Of a DNA stretch of 64,000 bases, positions 40,227 to 63,056 are shown one piece after another. The position numbers were made by a program, and so were the translations under genes. The DNA is from Zygnema circumcarinatum SAG 698-1b (Eukaryota > Plantae > Zygnematophyceae). Within the stretch, counting starts at the first letter, position 1; each line of letters begins with the position of its first letter. The stretch lies in NCBI GenBank assembly GCA_037447605.1, contig CM074810.1, positions 2,576,880 through 2,640,879 of the forward strand, in the 5' to 3' direction. The notes beneath the pieces are model-generated. The model was not told where the DNA came from. It searched no databases and was given only the letters and a program-made list of their open reading frames with translations.

Positions 40227-43200
40227 TAGAGAGAGAGGGAGAGAGGGGGGAGAGAAGAGAGAGAGAACGAGGGAGAGACAAGTATCAGATCAAGTTTATG
40301 TTGCCACTTTCAAAGGCAGGTTAGCTTTTGTTCTCTTCCGCCTTCCCTCTCTCACTACTTGCATCCCCTTGGTTCCCCCCCTCTCCCCTCCCCCCTCCCC
40401 CTCCCCCACTCCCCCCACTCTCTCACTCTCTAGCCCCTCGCTCTTTCCTCTCCCTCTCTCTCCCCTCCTCTCTCCTCTCTCTCTCCCCACCCACTCTCCT
40501 CTCTCTCTCTTCCCCCGCTCTTTCTCCTCTCCCACTCTCTCTCTTCCCCCTCTCTCTCCTCTCCCTCTCGCCCCCTCTCTCCTCTCCCTCTCTCTCCCCT
40601 CCTCTCTCCTCTCTCCCCACTCTCTGTCCTCTCTCTCTCCCTCTCTCCCTCCCTCCCCCCTCTCTCTCCCCCTCTCTCTCTCTCCCCCTCTCTCCTCTCC
40701 CTCTCTCCCCCCTCTCTCTCCACCTCTCTCTCTCTCCCCCTCCCTCCTCTCCCTCTCTCCCCCCTCTCTCTCCACCTCTCTCTCTCTCCCCCTCCCTCCT
40801 CTCCCTCTCTCTCCCCCCTACCTGAAGCAGTTCCGATGCCCATAAGAGACGACCCAGCATCCGCCATGACCGCTCTCACATCCGCAAAATCCACATTCAG
40901 AAGTCCGGGCACCTGCAACCAAACACGGCCAAAAACAAAAAACCAAAGACAGAGAAATCAAAATCCGAAAACTGCAAAAAAAACAAATGATCACAGAATT
41001 AAACACAGCAAAATAAATTAGCAACGCAACGCAATCTGCTTTCATCCGTCTTCCTCAGAAACCATTTCCCTAAAATCCGAAACTCTAATACTATAAATCC
41101 CTCAAACTTGTAGATCCGTACAACCAAACCCTAATTTCGCTCCGCAATTCCCCCCTCACCTCTCACTCTGCTCCCTCTTTCTCTCCCTCCCTCCCTCTCT
41201 CGCACTGCCTCTCTCTCCCTCGCCTTCCCGCCACCTCCCTCTCTTTTTCCCTCTCCCTCTCTCGCCCCCTCTCCCTCGCCCCTCCCTTTCTCCCTTTCTT
41301 CCCCTCTCCCTCTCCCTCTCTCTTCCTCTCTCTCCCCGCGTCTCTCACTCACTATCCGCCTCCCTCTCCGTCTCCCTCTCCGTCTCCCTCTCTCTCCCCC
41401 TCCCTCCGGCTCTTACCCTCTCCCTCTAGTCCTCCCTCCCTCCCTCGCTCTCTCCCCCTCTTTCCCTCTCCCACTCTCTTTCCCTCTCACTCTCCCTCGT
41501 AACCCCCACTCACATTCACAATATCCGAAATCCCACGGACTCCTTGTCGGAGAATATCGTCTGCTAGAGTGAACGCTTCTAAAATTGGAGTCGACTGCCC
41601 AACTGCATTTAATAATTTATCGTTCGGAATTGTAATTAAAGTATCCACATTTGCACCCAATCTTTCGACAGCATCTAAAGCCTGCTTTCCCCTCCTCCTT
41701 CCCTCAAAAGAAAAAGGAATTGTAACAATTCCGACGGTTAAAATTCCCAAAGATTTGGCAACTGCTGCGATTACAGGAGCGGCTCCACTGCCGGTCCCAC
41801 CTCCCATACCCGCCTGCAAAAAAAATAACAAATTTGAGGGCAGAATTGAAATACAATTGAGTTGAAAGATTGCAGATAATTTAAAACTGAAATGAGAATA
41901 ACGGATTGAGGAGAATGGTGGGTTTTTGAAAGCAACTGAGCATGAATGAAGGCTTGTTTTGGGGGTGTGTGTATGCGAGAGAGGAGGGGTGGGGGTTAGA
42001 GAGGGAGAGGGGGAGTGAGTAGGGAGGGAAAGTGAGGGGGGGTGAGAAGGTAAGGGGGGAGGGGATGAGGGAGGGAGGAAAAAGGGGAAGAGAGACGAGA
42101 GAGAGAGAGATAGTGAGAGAGAGGGGGGAGATAGAGAGGGTGAAGAAAGGAGATGACAGAACGAATGAAGAGAAACGCAGTGACCTATCAATCTAGCCAT
42201 GGACGATTTCACAAGCATAAACATCACGTGCATAGAAACTGGTCCTTAGCCTGCGCACTTGCGCCAAGAAACAAAACAAAACGATTCTCCGGGTTAAAAA
42301 AAAAAAAAACGAAAGAAAGTAAACGTTCAGAAGTTCAATCTTACCGTAACAAACACCATATCTGCCCCCTTCACTGCCTCCTCCACCATCTCTCTGCTTT
42401 CTTCCGCTGCTTTCTGCCCTATCTCGGGATTCCCTCCCGCTCCGAGTCCCCTTGTGAGAGCAGCTCCGATTTGAAGGCGGTGGTCTTCAGGAACGGGAGA
42501 GAGCACCATGGCCTGAATGTCGGTATTCACCACATAGAATTCAAGGCCAGAAGTCGCCATATTCTTCTGCAAAAGCGAAGAAAATAAAAGGAAAAATGAG
42601 CGGAAGAAAGCATGAGGAGAGTTTCATCAACCTCTTCTCTATCTCTCTCTCTCGTTTGCGCCCTCTCCCAGTTCTGTCCAGCTGTTTAAAATTCTCTAGT
42701 CCTCACTACTTGCATTCCATCTCTCACCCCCTTCTCTTTCCCTCAACCAAACTCCCTCTTCTCCCTTCCCTCCACTTTTCCTCTCCACCCCCCTCCCCTA
42801 CTTCTCCTTCTCCTGTCGGCCAGTCTCTACCTTCGTAAACCCCACTTCCCCTCCCCCTCGCCCTCCCAATCTTTCTCCCCTAACTCGCCCCTCCCCAACT
42901 TCCCCCTTCCCTCCCCGCCCCCGCTCCCTTCCCCCCCACCCCTCCCACCCTTTCCCCTCTCCTCCCCTCTCTCTCCCTCTCCATTTCCCGCTCCCTCTTC
43001 CTCTCCCTCTCCCTCTCCCTCTCCCCAGCCAATCCCACTGCAACTCCCACTTCAAACCCCAGAATGAAAATCCCGCATACCCATAAACAAATCCCCCCAA
43101 ATCCCACACTTAAGTCGCAGCCCCGCCCCCTTACCTCCACCATGCGGTTCACAGCGTTCGAGCCGCCCCCCCCCACTCCGATCACTTTGATCACAGCCCC

Positions 43201-43524
43201 CAACGGAGCCCGCCCCACATAGGACGCTCCATTGTACGCAGCGGAGGCGGTGGGGCCCACCCACCCGCCTGCAGAAAACCCTAAATGAGACTCGGTAGTT
43301 CCGTTCCATGCAGCAGAATCGCCGGAATACGCGTGTCCGTTGAACTGAACGCTCGCATTGGAGCGGGGGGCGGCAAGAGGAATGTGGGCGCCATCCTTTT
43401 CGGGATTTTTGGGGGCGTAGGGGGAGAGCCGGGGGAGAGAGAGAGTCTCTCGGAGGGGGGTTCCGGCGAATGAGGAGCTGCCACGTTGTAGCAGCTGGTT
43501 GAAGGGGGAAGGAAGTGTCGCCAT
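39087..43524 (-). CDS. FTSZ2: Plastid division protein FtsZ, FtsZ2-type, about 467 aa
   Basis: Exons 43524-43135, 42566-42345, 41813-41514, 40912-40822, 40186-40062, 39787-39695, 39418-39371, 39221-39087 (1404 nt). Transit-peptide-like N-terminus, [26 protein letters not shown] tubulin signature, [31 protein letters not shown], and C-terminal core-like VPDYLKRR. Confidence 0.95.
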
Positions 43525-44711
43525 GGCGGGAGTGAGAGAGGTGGGTGTGGGAGAGAAAGAAAGGGAAGGAAGGAGGGAGAGGCAGAGGGAGAGGGAGGGA
43601 GAGGGAGAGGGAGAGGGAGAGTGGCAGGGGAAGGAGGGAGAGGGATTGATGGGCGAGTGGGAGGGCCAAAAGACGGAGCACCGTACATATGTACGAACCG
43701 TACAAATCGTACGGTTCTCCCAACGGTAAGTCATGTACACGTCGGATCGCAGTTTGAAAGTTTGAACTTTTGAATAGGGTCGGCCCTGAACCCTTCCGCC
43801 GCGGGCCTTCTAGGAAGGGCGACGGAAGGGTTCAGGGCCAAATTTGAAATTTGAAATTTGAAAATTCAAATTTTGGAAACTTTTGGCGGGAACGGAGACA
43901 GTGCTGACATGCTTCGGTCATTTAACGCTTTACGGAACTGCGTAGGAGCTGTGCCCTGAACCCTAAAACTTTTGATTTTGGGTTTGTGTTTCAAAAAAAT
44001 TCAGTGCAGTCCCTCCGTTTGACTCTCCAGTTTTTCTTGCCAAACCGACAACTCGTCAGACGAAAAACCCCAGTTTTCTCGGGACCCTTAAACCCTCAAA
44101 TTGAGAAAATTGAGGTTTTTAGGGTTGTGTAATTTTTTCAAACTAGCGCTCTCTTGTTGGCAGGCGTGACGTGACGTGACGTAATCTGGATTCTGGTTCT
44201 GAAGTCATATCCGTTATGATGACGTCACTATCAGTCTGGTTCGCAAGTTGCAATCAATCGTGAGTTAGATCGGCCACAAGAAACGACAAACGCCTACTGA
44301 CGTAAGAAACCGTCAACAGGTTGCAAACTTACACTTGTGGGAAACCAGGCCTTTGATGAAAAGAATCAAACAGAATATGGAATAAGTCTGAATTAAAAAA
44401 AAAAAAAAAAGAAGAGGGGGCTACAGGATAAGAAAACACGAGTGGACCTTAAAAAATGCTCTGAATCAAAAAATCCCAAAACTAGCCCACAAACTTCTGC
44501 ACATTCTCAAAACCCTAACCCTAATCCTAAAAAGCCAACACCACCGCCCCCCTCCCCCCCTCCCCCACTTTTTCAGGCCCTAAAAACGAGGCTTTTTTCG
44601 TCCAATTATTCAGAATTTTACAATAAAATCTCTTCTCTACCCTACCTTTTTCCGCATTCTTTTTTTTCCCTGAACCCTAGCCTCACACCCTAAACCCTAA
44701 ACCCTAAAACA

Positions 44712-47700
44712 TCACTCCTTCCTTGACATTGCCAACGACTTGATGAGAGCAGCCTTCATGCTTCCCATGAGGGCGGCCTCTCCCGGAGGGCTCTCCGCCT
44801 TCAAGGGTCCGCCTCTCACTGCTCGGAACATGGCCGGCCGGCCTCCCGCAGCTGACGTCACCGTGACGTCAATGTTGACTAAGACTTCAGTCACTCCCTC
44901 TCTCACTTGAATGTAGGAGAGCCGCACACCCGAGTCTAGTCGGTCAACCTGCGATAGTGGGGGAAGGAAGAGGGAGGGGGGGAGAGAGAGGGGAGGGGAG
45001 GAGGGGGAGGAGGGTGGGAGGTAGGGTTAGGAGGAAGTGGGAATGGGGAAGGATAGGGTTTCAAAACTAGGTGGGGGGATAGGTGTTGAGGTTCAAGATT
45101 AGGGTTCCGGATTAGGGTTCAGGATTAGGGTTCAGGTTTAGGGTTCAGGATTAGGGTTCAGGATTTGGGTTTAGGATGAGGGTTCAGGATTAGGGTTCAG
45201 GATTAGGGTCAGGGTTAGGCTTTAGGATTAGGGTTCAGGATCAGGGTTCATGATAAGGGTTTAGGATTAGGTTTCACGATTGAAGTTCAGGATTATGGTT
45301 CCGGATTAGGGTTCAGGATTAAGGATTAGGGTTCAGGACTAGCTAGAGGGACAAGGTTCAGGAGATAGAAGAATTAGGGTTCAGAAACAGCTAGTATGAT
45401 TCGAGTTCCGCATCGGCGAGAAAAGGTAAGAGTTTAATATTAGAGTTCAAGATCACAGTCATTGGAGTTCAAAAAGAGGGTTCAGAATAACATTCAAGTT
45501 GGGCGAGCTGCAGAATTAGGGTTTCAAGGATTGAAAAAGGGAAGGAGTGGATTAGGGTTGAGACTCTCACTTTTAAGGGCGTGGGCAGGGGCAGGTTGGC
45601 GTTCTGTGTTAAACTGGAGGCCCACTGTACATTAAACATGAATTTGGACGAAAAAGAGGGGGAGGGGGGAAAGGTGGGGATTATTAAAAAAAAAAAAAAA
45701 GCGGAAAAAGGTAGGGGGCAACAAAAACCTTCCCTTCCCTTTCATCTCTTCACCAAGACAAAAAAAAAAAAGCAAGGGAGACCAGAGATAAGCTCAGATG
45801 GGAATACACGAAACAACCCAACTCTCTCTCCCACTCTCTTCCCCCTCCCTCTCTCAAGTTCCAACCCACGTTAACATCCTGAACCCTTTCCCAACTCCCC
45901 ACTCTGAAGCACCTCAAATTCCTTGAACCCCACTCCTTTCCATGAACCCTAACCTACCCCTAACGCTAACCCTAACCTACCTAACGCTAACCCTATCTCT
46001 AACCTAAGCTTAAGCCCCCCAACCCTATTCCTAACTCTTAGACCCCTAGCCCTAATCCTAATTCTTTAATCCCTATCCCTAAACCTAAGCCTAGCTCTTA
46101 AATCCCTGACCCTAACCCCATCCTCACTCTTAATCCTCTAACCCCTAATCCTAACTCTTAAACCCCAATTCCGAACCCTAATTCTTTAACCCCAGACCCT
46201 AACTCTTAAACCACTCACCCTAACCCTAACCCTAACCCTAACCCTAACCTAATTCTAATCCTAACCCTAACCCTAACCCTAACCCTAACCTAAGTCTAAC
46301 CCTAACCCTAACCCTAACCCTAACCTAACCCAAATCCTAGCCCTAACTCTTAAACCCCTAACTCGAACCCTGATTCATAAACCCCTAACCTTAACCCTAA
46401 CCCGAACCCTAACCCGAACCGTAACCCTAACCCTAACCCTATCTCTAATCCTAACCTTAATTCTTAAACCCCTAACCCTAACCCTGATACATAAACCCCT
46501 AACCCTAACTCTAACCCTAACTCTTAAACCTCTAACCCTAACCCTAACCCTAATCCTAACCCTAACTCTAATCCTAACCTTAAGTCTTAAACCCCTAACC
46601 CTAACCCTGATACATAAACCCCTAACCCTAACCCTAACCCCAACCCTTAAACCCCTAACTCCTAACCCTAACCCTAATCCTAACCCTAACCCTAACTCCT
46701 AACCCTAACCCTAACCCTAACCCTAATCCTAACCTTAATTCTAAACCCCTAACCCTAACCCTAACCCTAACCCTAACCCTAACCCTAACCCTGATACATA
46801 AACCCCTAACCCTAACCCTATCTCTAATCCTAACCTTAATTCTAAACCCCTAACCCTAACCTAACCCAAATCCTAGCCCTAACTCTTAAACCCCTAACCC
46901 TAACCCTAACCCTAACCTAACCCAAATCCTAGCCCTAACTCTTAAACCACTAACTCGAACCCTGATAACTCTTAAACCTCTAACCCTAACCCTAACCCTA
47001 ATCCTAACCCTAACTCTAATCCTAACCTTAAGTCTTAAACCCCTAACCCTAACCCTGATACATAAACCCCTAACCCTAACCCTAACTCTTAAACCCCTAA
47101 CCCTAACCCTGATACATAAACCCCTAACCCTAACCTAAGTCTAACCCTAACCCTATCTCTAATCCTAACCTTAATTCTTAAACCCCTAACTAACCCTAAC
47201 CCTAACCCTAACCCTATCTCTAATCCTAACCTTAATTCTTAAACCCCTAACTCGAACCCTGATTCATAAACCCCTAACCTTAACCCTAACCCGAACCCTA
47301 ACCCGAACCGTAACCCTAACCCTAACCCTAACTCTAATCCTAACCTTAAGTCTTAAACCCCTAACCCTAACCCTGATACATAAACCCCTAACCCTAACCC
47401 TAACTCTTAAACCCCTAACCCTAACCCTAACCCTAATCCTAACCCTAACTCTTAGACCCCTAACCCTCCTAACCCTACCCTAATCCTGACCATTCCTTAA
47501 ACCCTATCTCCGACCCTGAACCCTCCCACCCTCCCACCTGGAACATCAAAACCCGCAGCCTTTCGAGGTCCACGTTCTCCGCGAGCTCCATGGTCCCCAG
47601 AGAGATCGTGGCCTCGCTCTCGCCTTCCCCAAGCGCCCCTCCCTCAGCACGCGTCACGTGGCCGCTCCAGGAGCCGCCACGTCGGCCATTCCGCCACGTC

Positions 47701-47840
47701 GGCAGTCCGTACGCAGGCGAACGCTTGAGCGAAGGTACGGACGTGCGGAGTGTACGGACTGTGATTTGCGTCCGTACGTTTGGGGGAGGGAGGATGGAGG
47801 TGGAAATTAGGGTTAGGTTTAGGGTTAGGGTTTGAGCCAT
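44712..47840 (-). CDS. Conserved plant protein of unknown function, probably plastid-targeted, about 197 aa
   Basis: Exons 47840-47538, 45624-45571 (WASSLTQNANLPLPTPLK), 44948-44712, in frame with GT-AG. S/T/R-rich N-terminus. The motifs LFQWA.SL.Q.ANLPLP.PLKVD, FRA.R.GPLK...PPGE resemble an uncharacterised land-plant family (recalled, not searched). Confidence 0.8.
45095..45340 (+). repeat. Minisatellite of about 13 bp (TTAGGGTTCAGGA)n containing a telomere hexamer, in intron 2 of the 44712-47840 gene
   Basis: Repeated gattagggttcag units. Confidence 0.85.
45940..47490 (+). repeat. Degenerate telomere-type array of about 1.55 kb with higher-order blocks, in intron 1 of the 44712-47840 gene
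   Basis: TAACCC runs interleaved with recurring cassettes TAACTCTTAAACCCC, CTGATACATAAACCCC, TATCTCTAATCC and TAACTCGAACCC. Confidence 0.93.
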
Positions 47841-48547
47841 GGTGGGGAGGGGGTGTGGGGTTTAAGGGGTTTAGGCTTTAAGAGGAGGAAGTTGCGGGGA
47901 TTTTAGGAGGGGTTTAAGGTTTAAGGTTTCAAGGTTTGTAGAGGGTTTCAAGGGTTTGTCATTGATCCGAGTTCAACTCGACTGATATTGATTCGGTATC
48001 TGTTTATGATCCATTGGGCTGTATCAGTTCAACTCACTGGTACTTCCGATCCACCACATTCCGGCGTTGATCCACTGTTGAACCAGTACATCCACGTTTA
48101 ACATCAGTTGACCCGATGTCAACTATCGACAGTGAAAACAAAATTTTCTAAGGTGGACTTTGCAGTCCACTGTTTTGGACTGATTCGAGCAATCTCTACG
48201 TATTCGTACAGTTTGTGCCCTTTCGACATCGTACGATTTGTATTTTTGCTACACGTCAAAAACAGTGCCGTATAGGACAGCATCTTATTGACCGGACCCT
48301 GGCCGACAAAACGCAATCCGACAACTTGGGGATGAAATTCAACCATTTGGGATGTGGGCTAATAGGAGAACGGTAAATGTCCACGTGGCATTACCACATT
48401 GGTCCAGAACGCAAATTTTATTAACCATTTTTTCTGCACACTTGTCGGTCCTCTGATTGGTCGGAATCTTAAATTCTTGATTTTAATCGATCTGCCAGCT
48501 CAGCGAAAAAACGCGAACAGGGCGTCGGCACGTGTACTGAAATTAAT

Positions 48548-48706
48548 AGGGGGTGTCAGACTTAACAAAATCTTACGAAAAGCGTTACGAAAAAAAAGGT
48601 TACGAAAGTACTCCGCCGCAGGAGGATCGCTATTATACTGGAGTACTCGTTCTGATGTCAAACTTACGAACACGCGTACTGAAATTTTTGAAGTCTGACA
48701 CCCCCT
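48548..48706. mobile_element. PIF/Harbinger-type MITE (AWT TSD), copy 2
   Basis: TIR AGGGGGTGTCAGACTT, flanked by AAT on both sides. Shares the internal CTTACGAA motif with 14913-15113. Confidence 0.7.
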
Positions 48707-50276
48707 AATGAGTGGGCGGCAGACCGCGTGTTTGGTCCCGTCTCAAATGTACGGAATCCGACTTGCCGCTTACGAGCCTGCGCTCTGATTGGGTTCGTAC
48801 TTTCCGTTCGTACGTACGCGTGTGATTATCCACGCTGATTGGACGAGTACGGTCATTTTTTTTTAAGTGACCTGGCCAGCTACTTCTTCCGCCGCAAGAC
48901 GCCAAAAACGGCCGGGGGGAGATTCGTTTCAGCCCCTCCAAATTTCAATGAACTTCATTTTGGGAGCGACATAAGATGGGGTACAATTCACTTTTTCTCC
49001 GTCCATTCTTAAATTCTTAATAATGCCCGTTATATAAAAAACTGCTAATTTTTCGGGGTTTTGGCTTTCAGTTATTTTTCTGGTAATAAATTAAAAAAAA
49101 CTAATTTGACGAATGGTATTGTGATACGTGTAAAGAATCTAATCGTCAAATTTTATAAAAAGGTCGTAGGAATATAACGGGTGTTTTCCCGCCCGCTGAT
49201 TGGTCAATTTCTAGCCAAGTTTGCGACCAAAACCTGGTCCTTTGCAAAATTTACCGTTCGGCTAAACCGCCTCCGAACTCGAAACTTTATTTACGCGACC
49301 GTCAAACCAACCAGCATGGATCCCCTTCCTCCTCCACAAAACGACAAAAAACTTCACTACTGTACCGAACCGGTCAATTTCCGTACGTTTCACATGGAAC
49401 ACGTTCTAACTTTAACTGAACGCTGACATGTAGCCCGTTCTTTGACAGAGGGGCATTCACCTGCTCCAAATAGGAATCAGTACCGCAGGGCCTCCAACAC
49501 AGGTGAAACGCCCCTATGGCAGTTGCCAAGTACTCATTCCTTCAATTTTTTTGTACAAAACCGTACGAATCGTACAATATTACCCGCCAAGTAACAGGAA
49601 TCACACTTACCAATGTAGCTTTTTACGGTACGGATACCGGACGGTACAAAATCTTACAGTGTACATGGAATCGTACGAATGTACCGTGTACGGACGGCCT
49701 GTGATTTCGTGGTGAGGCGGCCGACAGAAGGTAGCCATGGCGGAGGGCTTGCTGGGGGGAGGGCGGGGAGAGGGAGGGAGAGAGGGAGAGAGAGAGGGAG
49801 GGAGGGAGAGGAGGGAGTGGTAGGGACAGGGGCAGGGAGTGGGAGGGAGAGGGATAGCATGAATTGTTAAGGAGGGAAACGGGGAGAGAGTGGGAGAGAG
49901 GCATTTTAGGGTTTGAGTGCTGTTGGGGAAATTAGGGTTGTGGTGTTGGTGGAGGGAGGAGAATGTAGGGCGGATTGAGCGAGAGGAGAGAGGGAGGGTT
50001 GAGAGGGAGAAGGAAGAGGCTGAGAGAGAGGGTGAGGAGACGGTAGAGGTAGGAGACGTTAGAATCGAGAGAGAGGGGAGAGACAGGAAGTAGAGGGGGG
50101 AGAGAGGGAGAGGGAGAGAGGGAGAGGGAGAGAGAGAGAGAGATAGCGAGAGATAGAGAGAGGTGTTACTGGATGCGACGATCCTTCCATTCAGCAGCTG
50201 CGTCTGGCTCCCCCTCCAGTTGGCTCCCTGTCGGCTCTGGTTCCGTTCCAGTTGCGTTTCCGTTGCAGGTGACCCC

Positions 50277-60223
<9,947 letters not shown>

Positions 60224-63056
60224 TTATGTGGGAGGAAAGGGGAGGGAAGGGAGGAGGGGAGGGAGGAAGGGAAGGAGAGAGAGAGGAGGGGGGGAGAGGG
60301 AGAGAGAGAGGAGGGAGAGGGAAGGAGGGATGGGGAGAGTGTCTCCAACCAAAATCTAATTATGGAGGAAAGGGGAGGGAGGAGGGGAGGGAGGAATTGG
60401 AAGGAGAGAGAGGGGGAGGGAGAGGGAGAGAGGGATGGGGAGTGTTTGTGCCTTGGAGTGAGGGTGTGTGTGTGTGTTTGTGTGTGCGCGCGTGTGAGAG
60501 AGGGAGGGAGAGAGAGGGAGGGAGAGAGAGGGAGGGAGGGAGGCCCTCTCCCGCTTCCGTTCACGCAGTTTTGTTTGACGGTGTGTTGAGCGGCTGTACA
60601 TAGAAAGGCGCTTCTCCGTCGGGGGCTCGATTTTTATTTAATCCGATATTTAATGAGCATCGGTCGACCTCATTCTTGTAGGCGCCGCTTTAGTGAAAAA
60701 GGGGCTAAAAAAGGAAGCCGTAAGGTTAAAAAGTAAAATAGAGGTCACTGTTTATGGCGGGTATGATACTGGAGGACAAAAAGGCAAGTTTTATGATAAA
60801 AAAGGAAACTTTCCGTAAAAGAAGCAAAAAAAGAGTAAAGTGGTAGGAAGATAGAAAGGTTAAAGAATAAAGGAAATCTAAATTGTGCCATTTTCAGAAC
60901 TATTGACGGCTTAAAAAGTTATTTTCTCCTCATTTGCAGGTCAACTTGACTCGACTCGACTGTTTTTTTTTGTTTTTTCAGATGGGGATCGATCGCAATT
61001 TAGTGATTGCATTGCTTCCTTTTTCCTCTTTTTTTTTTGCTTTTTTATGCAAGCAAAATCTTCATTGGTGTTTTGTTTTTGGCTCTTCCTCTTTTGGCCC
61101 GTGTAAAATAAAAAACTTGTTCCATCAAATTGGTCGAAAAGCTCAAATGAATGTTCGTAAGAAGAATGTTCGTAAAAAGTTAGTATACGGTAAGGTTGGT
61201 AAAAAAAAAAAACCGAGAAAAGTTCGTAAAAAGTTCGTAAGAAGTACGTGAAAAGTTCGTCAGAAGTTCGCTGAACGGAAAGAAAAAATCGCCGCAAAAA
61301 TCGCGAACGCGTTCGTGTACGGGAACCTACGAAATCGGCTCCCGGACCGTTTTTACGGACCAATAGGAGGATGACAGCTGTCCCATTTGCCTTTGGCCCG
61401 TTCGTACAAAACCCGTACACTAGTTCGTACAGTCCTGAGCGCCACCTGTTGGGAAAGTGACCGTTGGCGTGGGCAAAACGACGAGTGGTCGTACGGAGAT
61501 TTGACCGTATGATTGTACGAATATACGGACTTCTGGTGAGTAAGCATCCGTACAGACAACGGTTACAAACGTACAAAACGGTTAACGAAACAGTAACTAG
61601 CGTTTTCGTGCGCTAGTTATACGAAATGTGGAAATCTTTCGCTGTTTAACTAGTAATAACCGCATAGAACTTAGTATTTGGCCAACTGTTTTCAGACGAG
61701 ACATAGAACAGCGTTCATAGAGAACCAGGATGAGCTCACCAATGGGAGTGCGACATGTTAACATTTTATACACGTGATGTTACGCCATTGGTACAGATGG
61801 ACGTTCCGTAACCGCAACCGCAACAGCAACCGCAACCGCGAGGTAACGTGCGGTGACCGCGCGGTTGACGGCGGTTCGTCACTTTGAAGCTTTCAGCCGA
61901 ACGGAAGGAAACCACTCCATAATTGGAAGGGGCTCTTAACCCTAAAATTTGACACTCGGAAAAAACTAGTTTTTCTTAAAAAACTGGCTGGAAGGAGATA
62001 AATCTGAGGCGAATTTTAAACTCTAACACTGGTAGAGTGGGTTTGTGAACAAATTTTATATTGAGAATTTTGAGAGCAGCTTTAGAGCTGAAAAGCTGCT
62101 ACTTACAGATTTTAAGCTTTCTTAGCTTTTTGAATCTGTTATTTTTTCTCTGACGTCTTTTCTTTTCTGAATTTGGTTAGGAAAAGTGAAAGTGACGGAA
62201 AGCGGAGCAGCCCTACAATGGAACCGCGCTCGCTCCCATGAAATTTTAAAGCAAATTTTAGGTTTAGGGTTGTGAGAGCCATGAAGGGATCTTCAGGGAA
62301 GAAAATTTCAATATGAGGAATTCACCAAAACATTAAGCTCTCTTTTTCAGTTTTTTTTTTTTTTTTTTGATTTTTTGTCGAGGAGAGTCACTTTAGTTTG
62401 GATCGAGACGCTTCAAAACCGCGCCGAGTTTAAAAAAAAAAAAAAGCACTGGACGAAAAAAGCGGCAGCCCATATTTTGTAAGTGAGAGAACTTCCCTCG
62501 AACAATTTTAGCTTTTAAAGGCAGATTAATAACCTCACCTCGCCTGTGCTCCCTCTCCCTCTCCTTCTCCCTCCCTCTCTCTCGCCCCCCCTTCCCCTCC
62601 TCGCTCTCCCTCCTCTCCCTCCAGCTCTCCCTCCCCCCCTCCTCCCTAACACTCTCCCACTCCCACTTCCCCCCTCTCCCTCCCTCCCTTTCCCTCTTCC
62701 TCTCCCTCTCCCTCGTCCTCTCTCTCTCTCTCCCCCTCCCTTCCCCACTCTCCCTCTCCCCCTTCCTCTCCCTCCCCCCCTTCCTCTCCCTCCCCCCGTT
62801 CCCTGTCTCTCTCCCTCCCTCCCCCTCTCACGGTATCGATACGTTCGCCCTCTGGCAGAACAAATTCCATTTGGAGGCAAAAAATCGGCTTCAGAAAATT
62901 GCATTCCGAAGCCGAGAGTTAACTCTTTGAGAGATCGCACACAGACCTGCAAGCAGGAGTAAGCAGCCTCCCTAACTGACACGTGGCAGCTCCGAGCCAC
63001 GGCATAGGTGACACGTGGCAGTCCGACATGTCAGCGTGGTGAGGCGCCACGTGGCG

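Noticed and set aside
39087-43524. FtsZ as bacterial contamination or recent HGT
   Set aside because: It has seven spliceosomal introns, a transit-peptide-like extension and plant FtsZ2 motifs.
49737-49823. ATG in good context at 49737 as the MAP3K start
   Set aside because: It hits a stop after 28 codons and lies just inside a probable 5'UTR intron (AAG|GTAGCC ... TTGCAG at 50268).
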